A stretch of 40,680 nt of DNA, from IMG/VR virus record IMGVR_UViG_3300020045_007163, positions 1 through 40,680 of that record. One strand, written 5' to 3'. The notes below the pieces were generated by a model, which was not told the origin of the DNA, searched no databases, and saw nothing but the letters and a program-made list of their open reading frames with translations. Source of the stretch: a virus. Its lineage: Duplodnaviria > Caudoviricetes. The position numbers and the translations under genes were made by a program. Of this stretch, positions 27,190 to 35,198 are shown in pieces (position 1 is the first letter of the stretch; every line of letters begins with the position of its first letter).

Positions 27190-27880
27190 TTAAATTTTAG
27201 TTAAGAATTTTCCCCATTGTTTAACTATAGCTTTAGCAATTCCTGAATAAGTTTTAGATCGGTTCTTTTGTCTATCAGGCCCAGGCGCTTCATGATGGCA
27301 TTTTGCCCTTTCAGAATATGGGAGCTTCATCATTTCATCATAAACATTTTTAGTTCCTTTTAACGGCGGTAAATTCTTTAACCATAGGCAAGTTCTTTTG
27401 ACTTCCATGTGTCCGAATTGCCAAGGCTGAATTGATTGGCTTGCTTTCTTCCCTATTATATCAACCGCATATCCAAGCATTACAGGATTTTCAACCGCAA
27501 TCATTGGAATATCGGACTCTAGTAATTTTTTAAAAAAATAAGGCTCCATCTTTCATATTTTTCCAGCGTTTTATATTTTTACCATTGTTTTTATTCATCC
27601 CGTTATAAAGATGTTTTGAGCTTGAGTTAGCTAGAAAAGTACAAGGTGGATGAAATATAGCAAAATCCCATTGCTTTATATAAACCCGCTTTCCAGATTG
27701 GGTTTTCAGCCATCCGCCTTTTATAACTTTAAATATATCCATTTGAAAATGATAATCAGGATTTCCGCGAGTCGGTTCTGTATCGCATGAAAAGGCCCTA
27801 TACCCCCCCCTACGGAATTCCCCAGCTATTGTAAAAGATTCCTCACAACCAATAATTATATTTGATGCTAATTTTCCCAT
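27190..27880 (-). pseudogene. Phage C5-cytosine DNA methyltransferase-like gene split by a 1-nt frameshift (ORFs 27530-27880 and 27190-27549)
   Basis: The upstream ORF has IIGCEES..., FSCD..P and WD..IFHPPCT.L. The downstream ORF has IAVENPV, IQPWQFGH.E.K.TCLWL and RSKTY.GIA.A...QWG. The junction is TTA TTT TTT TAA AAA. Confidence 0.8.
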
Positions 27881-27994
27881 GTTGAATCAACCTTATATCC
27901 GGCCAGTTTCTTTTCGCCAATATAATCTTCAGCTTCAATTGGATCTTCAGTTACCTTTGATGATATTGGTTTCCCTTTATCATAAACATAAATT

Positions 27995-28189
27995 TTAATA
28001 GTTGGCATTTTCAACCTTTCTTTTCATTATTATCCCTCCATAAAGTTTGGAGAATTTAACATTTTCTTTTTTATAGCCTTCATCTTTAGCGCGCTGGACA
28101 AGAAATTTAGTGGCCATTTTAATTCCAATATCATCTTCCCCAGCCCAGCATCCGGCTATAAAGTTTGGATCTTCCCAATATGCGCTCAT
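27995..28189 (-). CDS. Small hypothetical protein
   Basis: TGATG coupling to the helicase stop; 64 aa. Confidence 0.6.
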   Translation of the reverse strand: MSAYWEDPNFIAGCWAGEDDIGIKMATKFLVQRAKDEGYKKENVKFSKLYGGIIMKRKVENANY

Positions 28190-29853
28190 CAGAATGGAAT
28201 ATCATCCTCTTCAAATTCGACTTCATCTATATCCATTTCAGTTTCAAGATCTTCAGCTAATGTTTCAAAATCATAAGCTTTAATTCTAAAAAACTTTCCA
28301 TCAGGAATAACTTGAATTCTTGTTGGCTTTGGATATTTAATTTTAACAGCCTCTTCAATGGTATGAGGCGCATTTGTATCCATCCTTGCATCATGCCATT
28401 TCTCAGCTTTCTCCCATGCATATCCTTCATGTTCAAAACAGATCCATTCTTTAAAATGAGCTGTTGGAGTTCCGTATGTTACACATAGAGAAGGAATCTT
28501 TCCTGGCTTTTCATGGCGGCTTGTACTCATGAAAATCACGTTATGCCATTCCGGTTTTACTTGATCGGATAATAAAGCGGCGCTATCTCCATTGGCTGAA
28601 ATTTTTAATTCCGGCTCTTCAAACGGGAAAGGGTTTAAACAATCTGGACAAATCTTTGTACTTGCATAAACGATTGTTCCGCATTCTCTCAAGTTGTCCA
28701 ATTTGAATTTGCATTTCTTCATTGGAGCATCCCCGTTGCCTTGTCCTGGCTTTCGCGGTTTGATCTTATCAAGTGGCCCAAATCTATAGGCGTTCTTTGC
28801 AAAGTCGAGATATAGACAATTATCCTTTCCTGGAAATAGTCGCATTCCCCGCCCAAGAATTTGAACGTAAAGCCCAGGGCTTCCAGTCCAGCGCAATCCA
28901 ACAATCATATCAATGCGCGGGATATTTGTACCCGTTGTTAAAATATTGTTGTTAGTCAGGGCTTGCAATTCGCCTGTTTTTAATTGCTCAATAAATTTAT
29001 CTCTATCGGTTGATGATGTTTTATCAGTGATAGCTTCGCATTTAATACCGCGCCTTTTTAATTCATCTCTTACGGCGTATGCATGATTTGAACCGGAACA
29101 AAATACAAGCCATGTTTTTCTATTCTGGCCATATATCATAACCTCATCAATGGCCTGAGCCGTTATTGCATCAATGTTAACAGCCGCCTCAAGCTCCCCA
29201 GCTACAAATTCGCCGCCTCGCATATTAACATTTGAAATATCAAATTCAGTATCCATATCCTTGGGGATTATTTCGCAAAGATAACCATCTCTTACAGCCT
29301 CAAGAATTCCATACTCATAAATAATATCATCGAATATAGGTTTTTTGCCTTTGTATTCTTCAGTTAACATTCCTGATGATGTTCTATATGGAGTGGCCGA
29401 TAATCCTAAAATTCGCATCCCTGGATTTATAATTAAAAGATCCGCAATGAATTTATTCCATCTTGTTTCATCTTCAGGGCTGATAGTTTGACATTCATCA
29501 ACAATTAAAATATCGCATTTCTGAAGCTCATAAGCTTTATTATAGATCGTTTGAATGCCGCCAAAAACAATTTGAGAATTTGAGTCACGGCTATTTAATC
29601 CAGCGCTATAAACGCCAGCTGGAGCAAATGGCAATAGATCAATAAGCTCTAAATAGTTTTGCTTTACTAATTCTTTAACGTGAGTGGCGCAAATAATACG
29701 CGCTCCATGCGGAGCCATATCTTCACAAATTTTAGCAATGACAAAACTTTTTCCGGTTCCGGTTGGCAGAACTATGATTCCATGAGTATCATAATTCTCC
29801 CAATAGTTATAAGTCGCCCTGATAGCCTTGGCTTGATATGGTCTTAGCTCCAT
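28189..29853 (-). CDS. Superfamily 2 helicase (RadD/YejH-like) with zinc ribbon
   Basis: LRPYQ, PTGTGKS, DECQ, GLSATPYR, LTTG.N.P, QILGRGMR; Cys cluster. Confidence 0.93.
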   Translation of the reverse strand: MELRPYQAKAIRATYNYWENYDTHGIIVLPTGTGKSFVIAKICEDMAPHGARIICATHVKELVKQNYLELIDLLPFAPAGVYSAGLNSRDSNSQIVFGGIQTIYNKAYELQKCDILIVDECQTISPEDETRWNKFIADLLIINPGMRILGLSATPYRTSSGMLTEEYKGKKPIFDDIIYEYGILEAVRDGYLCEIIPKDMDTEFDISNVNMRGGEFVAGELEAAVNIDAITAQAIDEVMIYGQNRKTWLVFCSGSNHAYAVRDELKRRGIKCEAITDKTSSTDRDKFIEQLKTGELQALTNNNILTTGTNIPRIDMIVGLRWTGSPGLYVQILGRGMRLFPGKDNCLYLDFAKNAYRFGPLDKIKPRKPGQGNGDAPMKKCKFKLDNLRECGTIVYASTKICPDCLNPFPFEEPELKISANGDSAALLSDQVKPEWHNVIFMSTSRHEKPGKIPSLCVTYGTPTAHFKEWICFEHEGYAWEKAEKWHDARMDTNAPHTIEEAVKIKYPKPTRIQVIPDGKFFRIKAYDFETLAEDLETEMDIDEVEFEEDDIPF

Positions 29854-30326
29854 TAGTATTTTACCCTTGTATAAAGTCTATTAATTATATCCATTTGCTT
29901 GGCTGATAGTTTGAATCTCCAAATCCTATCTTTCATGCTTTCCCAAAATTCGCTTTCCCATTCATTCATAAGAGGCGATTCTTTATCAATGAAATCAGCC
30001 ATCTCTTTCTGTTGCTCAAAAGTATATTCCTTAGGAGCTTCATATTTCTTTTCTTGCTGTTGCTGGCGTTTCTGTTGATTATTGCGCTGGGCCTGTTCCC
30101 TAAATCCGCTATATGATCCGCTTCCACCGCCTCCATATTGCCCAGATCCATAGCCGCCTCCAAAGCCTCCCTTGGCTACTATTTCAACATCATGGAATGA
30201 TTTACCCTCAGCGGCCAGAATGCGCTTGATGGCGTTAATTGCCACAACAATCGACATATCATCATCAGCCGTTAATTGAGGCAAGATCTTTTTTATTTTC
30301 TCAGATCCGTTTAACATTTTTTGCAA
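29853..30326 (-). CDS. Hypothetical protein with a Gly/Gln-rich linker
   Basis: N-terminal KIKKILP.L....D......A..RIL...G.SFHD; C-terminal NEWE.EF..SM......LS.KQ..II.RL. Confidence 0.7.
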   Translation of the reverse strand: MQKMLNGSEKIKKILPQLTADDDMSIVVAINAIKRILAAEGKSFHDVEIVAKGGFGGGYGSGQYGGGGSGSYSGFREQAQRNNQQKRQQQQEKKYEAPKEYTFEQQKEMADFIDKESPLMNEWESEFWESMKDRIWRFKLSAKQMDIINRLYTRVKY

Positions 30327-30634
30327 TTCCTACGGCGGCGCTGGTTAGTGATATGATCCGTTTCTTCCAAATTACCTTTCCGGCAATCGAGAGTTTGATG
30401 ATTGCCATGATCAACTTGTTTCAATGGATCTGTTGAATTCATAACAAATCTATGAAGATAAACTTTCTTCCCTTTAATATTGGCGCGCGCATATGGTTGC
30501 CCAGGTTTCTTATTTTTACCCTTTGAAATATGCGTATGCCATTTATATTTCTTTACGCGCTTATAATCTTCAGCATCAATTATAGCCGCAAAGCCTCTTG
30601 TTAAAAGAATGACTCTAAATTTATCCTTTAACAT
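30311..30634 (-). CDS. HNH endonuclease (homing type)
   Basis: LTRG..AIID.EDY..V..YKW...YAR......YLHRFVM......VDH.N..TLD.RK.NL. Confidence 0.85.
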   Translation of the reverse strand: MLKDKFRVILLTRGFAAIIDAEDYKRVKKYKWHTHISKGKNKKPGQPYARANIKGKKVYLHRFVMNSTDPLKQVDHGNHQTLDCRKGNLEETDHITNQRRRRNCKKC

Positions 30635-31163
30635 TTTTTGCAGTCCGGCCAATAAATTTAGGGCCTGTTTTATGTTTCCAGTCGAATAAATACCAAGCGC
30701 AATTATCCTTTCCAACGGATGATGATTTTGGAATCCATTTGATCCGGCCAACGGATATAATAACTTTGCAATGCTTAATTAATTCAGCGCTTTGAACCGT
30801 ATGCATCCAATCCGCATCAAATAAAAGCCATGTTGGGGCTTGCTTTGAAAAATGTTCAATCATTGGATGCAAAAGCTTTCTATCCCAAGGCGGATTAGTA
30901 ATAAATAAATCGACGTTGCCAACGTGCATATCCAGCGCATTCCGCTTATCAATATCATCCCGCATTGGCCTAATATCCCATGCTCTAGCGCATTTAAGCC
31001 CAGCTTCTTTTAAGAGATCAATGAGCTGGCCATTGCCAGCGCAAGGCTCAACAAATCGCGCTCCATGCTTTAGATAAGGTATAAGCGGCAAAACAGCGGC
31101 CCTTGGAGTCTTGTAATAATCCCGCGCTTTGCGTTTAAAATCGCCATCAGATCTTTTGCCCAT
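30621..31163 (-). CDS. Amino (N6-adenine or N4-cytosine) DNA methyltransferase
   Basis: D.Y.TP, EPCAG.G (motif I), ITNPPW (motif IV), GRIKW. Confidence 0.85.
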   Translation of the reverse strand: MGKRSDGDFKRKARDYYKTPRAAVLPLIPYLKHGARFVEPCAGNGQLIDLLKEAGLKCARAWDIRPMRDDIDKRNALDMHVGNVDLFITNPPWDRKLLHPMIEHFSKQAPTWLLFDADWMHTVQSAELIKHCKVIISVGRIKWIPKSSSVGKDNCAWYLFDWKHKTGPKFIGRTAKNVKG

Positions 31164-31570
31164 TATATTAATTCTCCTTTTTCTTCTTTTACTTTTCGTT
31201 TGAAATTTTCAGGTATATCGAAAACAACTTTCCCGCCTGATTTATTTTGTTTGTTAATTATTCCTAAAAGATAATCTCTATCAGATCCAATCTTCATAGA
31301 ATTCAAAAGCTCGATTTGCTCAGGCGTTGCATATCCATATGATGGATGGCGCTCAAGTTTTCGCTCCCCTTTTGACATTTTAGACATAGCTTTTTCCATT
31401 TTTACTTTGTTAAGTTTACGGGGAGTCCTCGAATTAAAAATATATTTGTTAAGAGTAACAGTATCTATTTTCGTTTCATTTTTAAGCCAGTCCATAGAGT
31501 AGCCGGACTCGTTGAAGATGTTGGCCCATTGGCTTTGATCTTTATGCGGAATAGGTGATGATTTAGCCAT
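31163..31570 (-). CDS. Protein with an N-terminal XRE-like helix-turn-helix
   Basis: SGYSMDWLKNETKIDTVTLNKYI...RTP has HTH-like spacing; no peptidase domain. Confidence 0.5.
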   Translation of the reverse strand: MAKSSPIPHKDQSQWANIFNESGYSMDWLKNETKIDTVTLNKYIFNSRTPRKLNKVKMEKAMSKMSKGERKLERHPSYGYATPEQIELLNSMKIGSDRDYLLGIINKQNKSGGKVVFDIPENFKRKVKEEKGELI

Positions 31571-31824
31571 TAATAATATTCTCCATCATCAATTCTATTA
31601 CATGGATCTCTTGTTTCTTTGATTAACTCATCAATCATATATGCAAGATTATATTTTTCATTTTTTCTTAAAATATTTGATATTTCCTGAAGATGGCATT
31701 CTTGCAAAAGTCCATTTCTAATTTTATAACTTTCTTCCTCAGCCATAAAATTAAGAGCATCATTTAAATTTACAGATGGATAATCGTTTGTATCGCTCAT
31801 TCTAAATGATCTCCTGGAAAACAT
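31570..31824 (-). CDS. Hypothetical protein
   Basis: Co-oriented and coupled to its neighbours. Confidence 0.6.
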   Translation of the reverse strand: MFSRRSFRMSDTNDYPSVNLNDALNFMAEEESYKIRNGLLQECHLQEISNILRKNEKYNLAYMIDELIKETRDPCNRIDDGEYY

Positions 31825-32573
31825 GGGCCGTTGTTATATTTCTGAGTCATAAAATCGCAAGTACACTCTGGCGGCGTATCGGCGTTTATAATGCGCTTTG
31901 CTTTTCTAATTAATACTTCAGCATAAACCGGATTTTCCTCAGTCCTGAAGCTTGTATAGTCGCGGCAACCTGGAGTCGATATGGTCATGTAATGGCGGGT
32001 TAAGCCTTCCTTAAACATATTGATTACAGCTTGTCCATAATAGATTCCATCCCATTCCTTGAGCGCTGTTTTTTCATCAATGCGGCGTAACTCTTTTGCT
32101 TTATCAAATTTCTTTTCATTAACAGCCTTATGCTCCCAAATGTGCCAGGTCTTTGGAGCCTGGACAATTCCCCTGATAACGCCATCATAATGGCCGGATA
32201 ATGGTTTTGGCCCAAGGGTCTTATCTTCAAAGCCGTATTGATTCCATTTATCATATTGATCATCGAATTCATTTATTAGCGCTGGGGGCTTTATGCCTTC
32301 AATGTAAGTATGCAATTCAATGCCAGGAACAAGGCGCAAATGAGCCGCCATAACATCTTCAGATCTATGGCCATCATTGAAGCGGCGCAATGTTTTTGCA
32401 TCGAAAGTTTCCTTGCGCTGGGAATGTAAACGCATCCATAATTTTCTTGAGCATGGATCTGCTATTGATGAAGCGCCAATATAATTGCGCTTAGGTTGAG
32501 CCGCATTAGCTTGCTCAAGGATTTCATCAATAAGATCCAATGTTGGATCTGATAATTCGGGTATGCTAACCAT
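31797..32573 (-). CDS. PD-(D/E)xK (Cas4-like) phage exonuclease
   Basis: R.YIGASSI..PC.RKLW, R.F..GH..E, SGHYDG, WEHK, YYGQ...M. Confidence 0.85.
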   Translation of the reverse strand: MVSIPELSDPTLDLIDEILEQANAAQPKRNYIGASSIADPCSRKLWMRLHSQRKETFDAKTLRRFNDGHRSEDVMAAHLRLVPGIELHTYIEGIKPPALINEFDDQYDKWNQYGFEDKTLGPKPLSGHYDGVIRGIVQAPKTWHIWEHKAVNEKKFDKAKELRRIDEKTALKEWDGIYYGQAVINMFKEGLTRHYMTISTPGCRDYTSFRTEENPVYAEVLIRKAKRIINADTPPECTCDFMTQKYNNGPCFPGDHLE

Positions 32574-32578
32574 TATAT

Positions 32579-32893
32579 TTATGCCTTAAAAGCTTCAGTT
32601 GGTTTTGGTTTAACGTGCCTATTTAAAATTTCGCATACCGCATTAGCAACATCAGAATCCATTGTTTTTAAAGCTTTAGAATCTCCATGATCCATTTTTA
32701 TATGTTTATCAACAATCCAATAAGATTTATCTGAAACTGGAATAACTTCAAATCTATCTTCTGGGGGCCTCAATGCTCTTGTAAGATTATATTTAATACT
32801 TTTTTCATCACTAGAAAGATCATCATCTTTTCTTAATTTCAAAAGCTCTAAAGATTTTATTGCGGCAAAAGCTATTTCTTGAGATCTATTCAT
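32579..32893 (-). CDS. Hypothetical protein
   Basis: AAGGA RBS; 104 aa. Confidence 0.65.
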   Translation of the reverse strand: MNRSQEIAFAAIKSLELLKLRKDDDLSSDEKSIKYNLTRALRPPEDRFEVIPVSDKSYWIVDKHIKMDHGDSKALKTMDSDVANAVCEILNRHVKPKPTEAFKA

Positions 32894-32916
32894 TTCATCA
32901 TTCCTTTTCTTTTCTC

Positions 32917-33018
32917 TTATCCATGCCCAGCTGTAAAAGCCGTGTATGCAAGCGCATCATTTACTTGTTGCCTCCAAGGAAATTCTAAAGGAAAAACAAC
33001 AGCGCTGGGCATGGATAA
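32917..33018 (-). ncRNA. Candidate structured RNA element (15-bp closing stem with inner hairpins)
   Basis: TTATCCATGCCCAGC (32917-32931) and GCTGGGCATGGATAA (33004-33018) form a perfect inverted repeat in an intergenic gap. Confidence 0.45.
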
Positions 33019-33044
33019 AAGGGCGGCATTTCAACCGCCTTTTT
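33017..33044. terminator. Intrinsic terminator (possibly bidirectional) after the SSB gene
   Basis: AAAAGGGCGG-catttcaa-CCGCCTTTTT. Confidence 0.7.
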
Positions 33045-33056
33045 AAAATTAATTTA

Positions 33057-33596
33057 TTACTTTGATTTCTGCCAAGGCTTTTTATCAGATTTAGCTTTTG
33101 CTGGCTCATCGCCTTCAGCGCCCGATTCAACTTGCTTGGGAGCTGATGGAGTTGATTCCAAAGATCCAACAGGGCCATATTTCTGGACGCTGTTTTGAGC
33201 GCTTCCAGGCTGTTCCACTCCCTGTTTATCTTTATAAGGTTTCGGAGCATCAACTTTAACTTTAAGATCAAAGCGTTTGTTATGAAGCTCTTCAGAGTCC
33301 TTGATGGTTTTCTTACCAACAGCGCGGATAATTTCGCCCAATACTTGATAAGCAATTTCAACCGTTTTAGCAGATGTATCTTTTCCGCTATGTTCAATGT
33401 TGAGGCGTTCAAGGATCTTGCGGCCTTTGAAATCTTCATCTTGAATCTCGATTGATAGAACAAGCATTTGGCCGTTAGCTGTTGGCTTCATCTCGCTCTC
33501 AGTAATCATGCCAGTATAGACTCCAGGCGGCAAAGGCTCATAGCCTTTACGTTCTTCAATCTCATCGGCATTAACAACGGTTCCTAATTTTGCCAT
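33057..33596 (-). CDS. DUF669-family single-stranded DNA-binding protein
   Basis: YEPLPPG.Y...I.ESE.K.T..G.ML.L...I......GRK..ERLN; KKPW tail; next to the Sak4-like gene. Confidence 0.85.
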   Translation of the reverse strand: MAKLGTVVNADEIEERKGYEPLPPGVYTGMITESEMKPTANGQMLVLSIEIQDEDFKGRKILERLNIEHSGKDTSAKTVEIAYQVLGEIIRAVGKKTIKDSEELHNKRFDLKVKVDAPKPYKDKQGVEQPGSAQNSVQKYGPVGSLESTPSAPKQVESGAEGDEPAKAKSDKKPWQKSK

Positions 33597-33621
33597 TTAG
33601 TTTTCCTTTTTTTTAGTTTGG

Positions 33622-34458
33622 TTAAAGTTTATAGAAAGGGACATGATCGGCAATCACTCCCCAATGAGATCCATCTTTAGAAAATGGAATTTCAGCTGGA
33701 AGATCATAACGATTTCCAGCTTGAAAGGCTGGCCGCTCTTCAGTGTAAAGGATGCGTTCGCCAGATCCAACGGCGCGTTTCCGTTTATCATCATCCTTTT
33801 GGCGGCTTGAGTCGGCTTCTTTTTTGATGCCAACATAGTAGTTAGCAAACAAAGTAATATCAGAATATTCCAATAACTTTGCGGCGGCTAATTTATGAAG
33901 TTTGATTTCGTAACGATCATAAGCATCAGTTACAGGGCTTTCAAAGCGCTTGATCTGAGCATGGGCAATCTGGATAATTGTCATGCCTTTATGTTCGCGC
34001 AAGTAATCCAGAATTTGGAAATATTCGCCCCAGATATTTAGAGCTGAAATATATCCTTTGCCGTATCCGCCATTTGCAAGCTCGATACTAGCAACCTGGC
34101 TTTCTTCGCATACTTCAGCCCAGATAAGCGGCTCAAGCCAGTCAACAGAATCAACAACAACAGTTTTAAATGGATGATCTGTTTCAACTAATTTTTCCAG
34201 CTGGCTCATAACATCTCTAAATGTTTCCGCCTTAGGAAATGATTTAACATCCAGCGCATCCAGTCCATTTTCAATTTGAATAAATACTGGAGTATCAGCG
34301 CTTGCTCCAAATGATGATTTACCGATTTTATGTGGCCCATAGATTGTAATTCTTGGCGGCAACTTTCTTGATTCTTTCAATCCTAATTGTTGCATGAAAG
34401 ATAATTCACTAGCTGGCGCTGGAGCATCTTCCTTTGTTACTACTTCTTTTTTAGCCAT
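33622..34458 (-). CDS. AAA_24 / Sak4-like recombination ATPase
   Basis: IYGPHKIGKS Walker A, TVVVDSVDWLE, GYGKGY, IAH, AGNRY.LP; start at 34458 with AAAGGA RBS. Confidence 0.9.
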   Translation of the reverse strand: MAKKEVVTKEDAPAPASELSFMQQLGLKESRKLPPRITIYGPHKIGKSSFGASADTPVFIQIENGLDALDVKSFPKAETFRDVMSQLEKLVETDHPFKTVVVDSVDWLEPLIWAEVCEESQVASIELANGGYGKGYISALNIWGEYFQILDYLREHKGMTIIQIAHAQIKRFESPVTDAYDRYEIKLHKLAAAKLLEYSDITLFANYYVGIKKEADSSRQKDDDKRKRAVGSGERILYTEERPAFQAGNRYDLPAEIPFSKDGSHWGVIADHVPFYKL

Positions 34459-34492
34459 TTTGTTTCCTTTAATTTTTGCAGTTGTGATTTGA

Positions 34493-34548
34493 GATATACT
34501 CGCGTATAAGAAAACAGTCAATACACAAAATTACACAAAATTACACAA
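34493..34548 (-). promoter_or_regulatory. Leftward early promoter with palindrome and tandem repeats
   Basis: TTGACT (34521-34516)-17-TATATC; TATAC-tcgc-GTATA palindrome at 34495-34508; TACACAA x3 at 10-bp period (34522-34548). Confidence 0.6.
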
Positions 34549-34561
34549 GGGCGCGAAGTAC

Positions 34562-34723
34562 ATGAAATATACCAATACTAAAGAACTTTCTGAGCTGATG
34601 CATCAGCGATTTAAGAAAGGAACATTCAAAAGAATAGAGGCCGCAATGAAACAAATGAATAGAGAAAAGCCGGATGCGATTCGGGTTTTAATGGATGAAG
34701 CTTTGAAAGCAAGGGGGCTATAA
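34562..34723 (+). CDS. 53-aa ribbon-helix-helix-like regulator (not in the ORF track)
   Basis: ELMHQRFKKGTFKRIEAAMKQMNREKPDAIRVLMDEALKARGL; first gene of the rightward operon, TAATG-coupled to the next gene. Confidence 0.65.
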   Translation: MKYTNTKELSELMHQRFKKGTFKRIEAAMKQMNREKPDAIRVLMDEALKARGL

Positions 34724-35004
34724 TGCAAAAGAAAATTTGGAAATATAATTTATACTTAGATAAGGTTAATGAATTCCATTGGCCTATAAATTCATGCGTT
34801 AAAAAATTTATGGTACAAGGAAACGCTCTTTGCATTTGGGTTGAGCATCCTGTTGATGAAAATAAAAATATGGCTGATATTTCTTTAATGAAAAGATCTT
34901 TTAAAATATTTGGAACTGGTCATTATATCCCATATAAAACTTCTCATATTGATAGTTGCCTTGATGGATCTTTTGTCTGGCATTTATATGAGATCGAATC
35001 ATAA
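34723..35004 (+). CDS. Conserved phage hypothetical protein
   Basis: IWKY.L....VQG..LCIWV......RSF.IFGTGH......G.FVWHLYE is a pattern common in phages. Confidence 0.7.
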   Translation: MQKKIWKYNLYLDKVNEFHWPINSCVKKFMVQGNALCIWVEHPVDENKNMADISLMKRSFKIFGTGHYIPYKTSHIDSCLDGSFVWHLYEIES

Positions 35005-35198
35005 TGAGAACTTTGTTGGAGCATGAAGCTAAGGCGCTGGAAATTGCTGGCGCTGAAGCTGGAGAATATTTAGAAGAGCTGAATCAAATGAGTCTCGATA
35101 AATTATCTGAGACTCAATGGAATGAGTTTTTAAAAATAATCGTTACAACTTTTCAAACTAAATCAGCTGAAATTTTAGGAAAAGAGATTCCCTTCTAA
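35004..35198 (+). CDS. Small conserved protein preceding the primase (DUF6511-like)
   Basis: AG..AGEYLE.L....L..LS..QW..FL..IVT.F; ends in EIPF. Confidence 0.6.
   Translation: MRTLLEHEAKALEIAGAEAGEYLEELNQMSLDKLSETQWNEFLKIIVTTFQTKSAEILGKEIPF

Noticed and set aside
31163-31570. HTH protein as a CI-type lysogeny repressor
   Set aside because: It has no S24 peptidase domain, lies mid-operon rather than at a divergent promoter, and no integrase is visible.
31797-32573. Cas4-like nuclease as evidence of CRISPR-Cas
   Set aside because: There is no repeat-spacer array or other cas gene; it sits in the usual Sak4-SSB-exonuclease recombination module.
32917-33018. tRNA gene in the intergenic stem region
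   Set aside because: No T-loop GTTCRA motif or cloverleaf with a 7-bp acceptor stem could be built.
32957-33463. 168-aa alternative-frame ORF over the SSB gene, plus the many antisense or nested ORFs in the track (e.g. 1001-1303, 9226-9648, 13257-13631)
   Set aside because: They overlap well-supported genes and lack an RBS or recognisable motifs, so they are treated as shadow ORFs. Only the o-spanin overlap has positive evidence (a lipobox).
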